NCBI GenBank assembly: GCA_048772705.1
Contig: JBLWGC010000159.1
Coordinates: forward strand, 238,886 to 302,885
DNA from: Leidyana gryllorum EB-2025a
Lineage: Eukaryota > Protista > Apicomplexa
Direction: 5' to 3'
DNA length: 64,000 nucleotides
Position 1 is the stretch's first letter; each line of letters starts with the position of its first letter. The position numbers were made by a program, and so were the translations under genes. The notes beneath the pieces were generated by a model. The model saw nothing but the letters and a program-made list of their open reading frames with translations. It had not been told where the DNA came from and ran no database searches. Below, piece after piece: positions 59,198 to 64,000 of this stretch.

Positions 59198-62100
59198 AAG
59201 TGGTGCATCTGCCGGGAAACAGCGAGTAAGTGTACCCACCTGGGATCCGTGGGGTCCGGGGCCCTCTGACAGTGAGGACAGTGGTTACGAGTCCATAGAC
59301 GAAGATGACAGGGGTCGCCCTGCACTAGGAAGACGAGACGCAGACATGGTTGCGCGGATGTTCCAGCAACTGAGGGTCAAGCAGACCTTCGACCCCGCGT
59401 CCGAACAGGAATTTGACGATCAATGCCACAACTGGGCCATAGCGCTGGCAGCGCGTGGATACCCAGACCGAGCACTCCCCTTGCTCATCAGGGCAACAGC
59501 GTGCGGGTCTCTGGGAGAGACTCTGAGCTCCTCGAACATACAGGCGGAGACTGCAACAGCTTTCTGCGACGCGCTGGTGCGCGAACACTTCGAGGGAGGA
59601 GACTGGTTCCGTCAAATTCGGAAGCTAGCGCAGCGGCCACCACCGTGCCAGACACTGAATGAGGCCCTCCGAACCTTCAAGGCATTACGTAAGACTCACG
59701 ACAGGTTGAGTAAGCGTTGGGACCCGCGGAAGCGGCGTCGAGAAACGGACTGGGTGGCGACCCTAGTCCGCATGGCCCCGCCGGCCTTAAACGCGAAGTT
59801 ACACGGGCTCCACCCCCGTCCCGAGACGTTGGCTGAGGTCGTAGCGGCACTACGAAGCCTCAACGCTCGATATACGTCAGACTCTGAGTCCAGTGAGGAA
59901 GAGACTATCTCCTCCTGGCCACGTCTGTACCACGTAGCGGGCGAGTCAGCCCCAATAGGCACTACGGGCACAGCAAAGCCCCCAATCATTTGCTACCGGT
60001 GTCAGCAAGCCGGACACACGGAGACTCGGTGTCGCCTCCCCTGCCCAAAGTGTGGCACGAAGGGACACCGTGAGCAGGACTGCGAAGTCAAGGAGATCCA
60101 GTTAGGGTCGCAGATGGTCCTCCACCAAAGGAAGACTGCCGTTCACATCGTAGTAAAGCAGCCCAAGTCGCTCGAAGAGGCGCTGGGCAGGCTAGGTGGT
60201 TACTTCCGAGAGCGGCAGCAGCAGGAGGCGATGAAGAACCAGAAGAACCGGGACAGGCAGAGAGACAAGAGAGACGCCATCCGGAACGCCTCCCAGCAGG
60301 CTGCGACCGGAAACACTACAGAGCCCACCCAGGTGGACGAAGACATGACGCCCCCGACGGAACAGCAGCGGCAACCCACCGGTGAGACCCCCACCGCGAC
60401 TCAGGCCCACGTGGGTCGTGTACAATGCCAGCCGCAGGCCATGAGCCCAGCCGAAACGATCGCATTCTCGCAGAGCTTCGGCAGCGTGAAAGCTCTCGTT
60501 GGTCATATTCCGATAGTGATGACGGTGGACCCTGGGGCGGACGTGACAGTCCTGAGGCGCAGTACACTCCAGAACGCGATGAAGCATGGGACCCAGCCGG
60601 ATACAGTGGGAGCCAGCCAGCTCGGGGCGAAGGGCGTAGGAGGAGCAGTACAGATCTTGGGAGAGGTGACCATCCCGATAACCGTGGGCACAACCACAGC
60701 ACTGGAGCGCTGTCTAGTGGTGCCAGACGAGGCGGTCGGCAGCGACTTACTCGGCCGTACATACCTACTGGGCACCGCCAGTCGATTAGACTACGCAACA
60801 CGAACACTGGAGATAGGAGGGGAAACCGTGCCACTCGAGGCACCGGGCGGAACCTATGAGCTGAACCTCGTTGAGCTTCAGCAAGCCATCGACCACCGGA
60901 CCCTCGAGGACGTGATGGCAATCACGTCAGATGTCTTTGGTCCAGAGGCCAAGAGAGACGTACTGGAGATCTTCCAGCGGAACGAGGCGTGCTGGGCGAA
61001 GACCCACATCGCCAAGTGCGACATAGAGACTCACCGCATTGAGATCACCCCTGGAGCACGCCCTGTCTTCCAGCGCGCCAGGCCCCTACACCCAGACGCC
61101 GAGGCCGAAGTGGACCGCCAGTTCGGCGACCTCGTGAAGGTTGGAGCACTGGTACCAGTGGAAGGGTCTCCCTGGTCCTCGCCCGTAGTCATCGTCCCCA
61201 AGAAGACAGGCGAACTACGCATCTGCGTTGACTATCGCAAGTTGAATAAAGTCACGGTACCGGACAGGTTCCCGCTCCCCCACATCCAACACTTGGTCTG
61301 GTCCCTGCGAGGAGCAGCCGTCTTCACATCTCTTGATCTGAAGTCTGGGTACCATCAGATCAGGGTGGCGGAGGAGGACGTGATGAAGACGACGATAGTA
61401 ACCCCGCGAGGACTGTACGCCTGTACGGCGATGCCTTTTGGCTTACGGAACGCGCCTGCCACTTTCCAACGAGTCATGCACAGAGTGCTAGGACCCCTAC
61501 TAGGGAACGGTGTCCTAGTTTACTTGGATGATATCGTCATCTACTCGCGAAGCGTCGATGAGCACAACCGGACCCTCAACGAGGTCCTGAAACGGTTGAC
61601 TGACGCGAAACTGTACCTAAACATCAAGAAGTCATCGGCCCTCCAGAAGGAGATCCTGTACTTGGGGCACGTCGTGAATGAGAATGGGATCCGGCCAAAC
61701 CCGGCCAAGGTCAAGGCGGTTATGGAGACGCCCTTCCCCAGAACGATGTCGGAACTTCGCTCGTTCTTAGGGCTAGCATCCTACTTCAGGACCTTCATCC
61801 CCCAATTCGGCGAGATCTCGAGTGCTCTGTACGACCTGTTCAAAGGGGGCGCAGACGGGCCGATCGATGAGACGGAAGAGACCGTCGCGGCCTACCGCGC
61901 ACTGCAAGAGGCACTTGCGCAGGACGTCCTCTTAGCGTACCCCGATCCGGATAAGGAGTTCATCCTCGACACCGACGCTAGTGAGATCGGAGGAGGTGCC
62001 ATCTTGCTGCAGCCCGGAGACGACGGAGAGCCCCGGCCAATCGCCTATTACTCCCGTCGATGGTCGGAAGCGGAGAGGAAGTGGCCTATCCGCGAACTGG

Positions 62101-63824
62101 AAGCTTTCATCATCGTCTGTGCCATCGCGAAGTACGCCGAGTACCTGAGGTACCGACCGTTCACAGTCCGTACGGACCACGAGGGGTTGAAGTGGCTCTG
62201 GACAGCCTCCAACCGCCGGATCGCCCGATGGGCGCTCGCTCTGAGCGAGTATGACTTCGAGATCCACTACCGTAAAGGGATTTTGCAGGGTCACGTCGAT
62301 CACCTAAGCCGGATCGACAACGACCAACCGATGGATGCCGTCATCGATGACCGCATATCGTTGACCGCACTCCTGAACCGACTCGAGATTTCGGTTCAAC
62401 CAGCGTACACTGGCTTCACACTGCCAACGCTGGAAGAGTTTAAAGCAGCGACGGCCGCAGAGAGCGAGCCGACCGCCTTCCGCTGCACCCATAGGGGCGG
62501 AGTCTGGTGGACGGAGTCCATGCGAGCCTATGTGCCAGCCGCACTCCGTTCTCAAATCGTTCTCTACCACCACTGTGGTACTGTTGGCGCCCACCAAGGG
62601 ATCAGGCGAACAGCCGCAGCCATCGCGAGGCGCTTCTATTGGCCAAACTTACGAGCGGACGTAACCGAGATGGTGCGGCAATGCCAAATCTGCGCGCGCC
62701 GTCGAGCAATCGTAAACACCGCTGGCCCCGGAGACCACGTGACTCCACGCCCGTTCGACACGGTGGCCATTGACCACGTAGGAAGTTTCCCCTGGGGTGG
62801 TAAGGTCTACTACATCCAAACGATGATTGACCATTGCCTACGAGTGGCCGAGGCCATAGCAGTCCCGGACGTAACGGCCAAGACTGCCTGGCGAGTCCTC
62901 TACGAGGATTGGATCTGCCGGTACGGAGCCCCAACGAGGCTCATTTGTGATAACGGCACGGCCTTTAGGGCCGAGTCGTTCCAGGAAGACGCGAGGCGCC
63001 ATGGCATCCAGGTCATGTACACCTGGAAAGCCCACAAGCAAGGGAACGCAGTATGCGAGGCCTTTCACCAGTTCCTGAACCGTGGACTCAACGCGCTCGT
63101 GGCCCAGTCCAGCCTCCCCTTACCAACCGCAGTGGCCACAGTAATGTACGCCTATCGAGCCACGCATCACCCCGCATTGGGTGAGTCCCCCTTCTTCATG
63201 CTCTCGGGGCTACCCATGGGCACCCCGACGAGCCAAGAGTTAGACGCCCTCCAGCCTACACTGGACACGGGAGACCGTCTCCAACTTCTGGAACTGGCGA
63301 GGCAGCACGCCGTGCAACTCTCGGCAAAAGCAGCCGACGCTCGCCGCCCAGCCGTACGCTACCTCCCTGAGGTCGGAGACACCGTCGTCGTCCGCCTCAG
63401 CGAAGGTGAGCGCGCTGCACTGACTCGCCACTACGGCGCGAGCCGCTTCACCCCGACCTTCAGCTTACCTTATGAGGTCATCGCGGTGAGCGAGTCAGGC
63501 ACGGGCGCCACCATTAAATCCTGCCGAGATCCGCAGGAAGAGAGAACGGTGTCCGTCGGGGAGCTGCTCCGCTTGGCTGCACCGCAAGCGCCGGAGATGC
63601 TCCAACTCGCCGAGCTAGACGAGCTCGCCGACCTACGCGCCAAGCCGCTCGCCAAGGCCGAGGATGTGCTGACGGCAACACTACACGCTCGGGGAACTGA
63701 CCTACGGCCAGCCCCGAAGTCAAGGTCTCGGAAGAGACGCCGAGTGGCCAGCCGTGCTAGTGCCACTGCTTACCGCCTATGTCTCCAAGTGAGAGATCCC
63801 GGCACCCAGGAAGTTGCTCTTTAG
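59136..63824 (+). CDS. single-ORF Gag-Pol polyprotein (1562 aa)
   Basis: Two CCHC knuckles (CYRCQQAGHTETRC, CPKCGTKGHREQDC), protease VDPGAD, RT LDLKSGYHQ/MPFGL/YLDD, RNase H TDAS, integrase H-H-CQIC plus D,D,E. Confidence 0.97.
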   Translation: MLDANNPETYHLSPRTPRTTQSGASAGKQRVSVPTWDPWGPGPSDSEDSGYESIDEDDRGRPALGRRDADMVARMFQQLRVKQTFDPASEQEFDDQCHNWAIALAARGYPDRALPLLIRATACGSLGETLSSSNIQAETATAFCDALVREHFEGGDWFRQIRKLAQRPPPCQTLNEALRTFKALRKTHDRLSKRWDPRKRRRETDWVATLVRMAPPALNAKLHGLHPRPETLAEVVAALRSLNARYTSDSESSEEETISSWPRLYHVAGESAPIGTTGTAKPPIICYRCQQAGHTETRCRLPCPKCGTKGHREQDCEVKEIQLGSQMVLHQRKTAVHIVVKQPKSLEEALGRLGGYFRERQQQEAMKNQKNRDRQRDKRDAIRNASQQAATGNTTEPTQVDEDMTPPTEQQRQPTGETPTATQAHVGRVQCQPQAMSPAETIAFSQSFGSVKALVGHIPIVMTVDPGADVTVLRRSTLQNAMKHGTQPDTVGASQLGAKGVGGAVQILGEVTIPITVGTTTALERCLVVPDEAVGSDLLGRTYLLGTASRLDYATRTLEIGGETVPLEAPGGTYELNLVELQQAIDHRTLEDVMAITSDVFGPEAKRDVLEIFQRNEACWAKTHIAKCDIETHRIEITPGARPVFQRARPLHPDAEAEVDRQFGDLVKVGALVPVEGSPWSSPVVIVPKKTGELRICVDYRKLNKVTVPDRFPLPHIQHLVWSLRGAAVFTSLDLKSGYHQIRVAEEDVMKTTIVTPRGLYACTAMPFGLRNAPATFQRVMHRVLGPLLGNGVLVYLDDIVIYSRSVDEHNRTLNEVLKRLTDAKLYLNIKKSSALQKEILYLGHVVNENGIRPNPAKVKAVMETPFPRTMSELRSFLGLASYFRTFIPQFGEISSALYDLFKGGADGPIDETEETVAAYRALQEALAQDVLLAYPDPDKEFILDTDASEIGGGAILLQPGDDGEPRPIAYYSRRWSEAERKWPIRELEAFIIVCAIAKYAEYLRYRPFTVRTDHEGLKWLWTASNRRIARWALALSEYDFEIHYRKGILQGHVDHLSRIDNDQPMDAVIDDRISLTALLNRLEISVQPAYTGFTLPTLEEFKAATAAESEPTAFRCTHRGGVWWTESMRAYVPAALRSQIVLYHHCGTVGAHQGIRRTAAAIARRFYWPNLRADVTEMVRQCQICARRRAIVNTAGPGDHVTPRPFDTVAIDHVGSFPWGGKVYYIQTMIDHCLRVAEAIAVPDVTAKTAWRVLYEDWICRYGAPTRLICDNGTAFRAESFQEDARRHGIQVMYTWKAHKQGNAVCEAFHQFLNRGLNALVAQSSLPLPTAVATVMYAYRATHHPALGESPFFMLSGLPMGTPTSQELDALQPTLDTGDRLQLLELARQHAVQLSAKAADARRPAVRYLPEVGDTVVVRLSEGERAALTRHYGASRFTPTFSLPYEVIAVSESGTGATIKSCRDPQEERTVSVGELLRLAAPQAPEMLQLAELDELADLRAKPLAKAEDVLTATLHARGTDLRPAPKSRSRKRRRVASRASATAYRLCLQVRDPGTQEVAL
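59201..59218 (+). promoter_or_regulatory. primer binding site, complementary to a tRNA-Gly(GCC)-type 3' end
   Basis: TGGTGCATCTGCCGGGAA, 3 nt after the LTR, is the reverse complement of UUCCCGGCAGAUGCA-CCA; eukaryotic tRNA-Gly(GCC) ends in TTCCCGGC..ATGCA. Confidence 0.8.
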
Positions 63825-63832
63825 AGGGGGCG

Positions 63833-64000
63833 TGAGAGGTGAAAGGAAAGTAACAACTTCCTAGAGACACAACGTCTCCCTAGAGACGTAACACCCGTAG
63901 CGGTAGTTTATTGTTTTGCAAAAGACAGAAGCTAGACCACGATGCTCGACGCTAATAACCCAGAAACGTATCATTTAAGCCCTCGCACTCCCAGAACCAC
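63833..64000 (+). repeat. 3' LTR of copy A (truncated by window end)
   Basis: Identical by eye to 59027-59194. Confidence 0.97.

Larger units (their letters stand above)
59027..64000 (+). mobile_element. full-length Ty3/gypsy LTR retrotransposon copy A (3' LTR should end at ~64003, just outside the window)
   Basis: 5' LTR 59027-59197, PBS, single gag-pol ORF with PR-RT-RNaseH-IN order, PPT agaggggg 63823-63830, 3' LTR from 63833. Confidence 0.98.

Noticed and set aside
54679-63766. Numerous short alternative-frame and antisense ORFs within the retroelements
   Set aside because: GC-rich shadows of gag-pol, duplicated only because the element is duplicated; no env-like ORF seen.

Overview
Eukaryotic, extremely gene-dense genomic DNA with short GT-AG introns (mostly ~40-70 nt). 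An AKMT orthologue, two ApiAT/SLC43-type transporters and a TRAP-like membrane protein point to an apicomplexan or close relative; a gregarine is plausible given the compaction and LTR retrotransposons, but the taxon is inference. Bases 1-47.7 kb hold about 20 protein genes, several packed with 0-16 bp between coding ends. They include a CPBP/CAAX protease, ribophorin II-like, RabGGTase beta, a Ras-like GTPase, two tandem triple-domain GST genes, TBCD, a Cog1/Vps51-like protein, an RLK/Pelle-type kinase, TBC1D23-like, an MFS transporter and PI4K-alpha. The 342-bp tandem repeat at 48.6-52.5 kb, shown by the ORF track as repeated 'MSASSQ' ORFs, is in fact 12 U1 snRNA genes on the + strand. Decayed U1 copies flank it, and the spacer carries a possible tRNA-like (Pol III) element. 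Next comes an intronless, strongly plant-type UDP-glycosyltransferase (PSPG box), a horizontal-transfer candidate. The window ends with two apparently identical Ty3/gypsy elements in opposite orientation forming a >4.5-kb inverted repeat, best explained as one copy inserted into the gag of another. All calls come from manual motif reading; no searches were run, and exon boundaries and starts are approximate unless stated.
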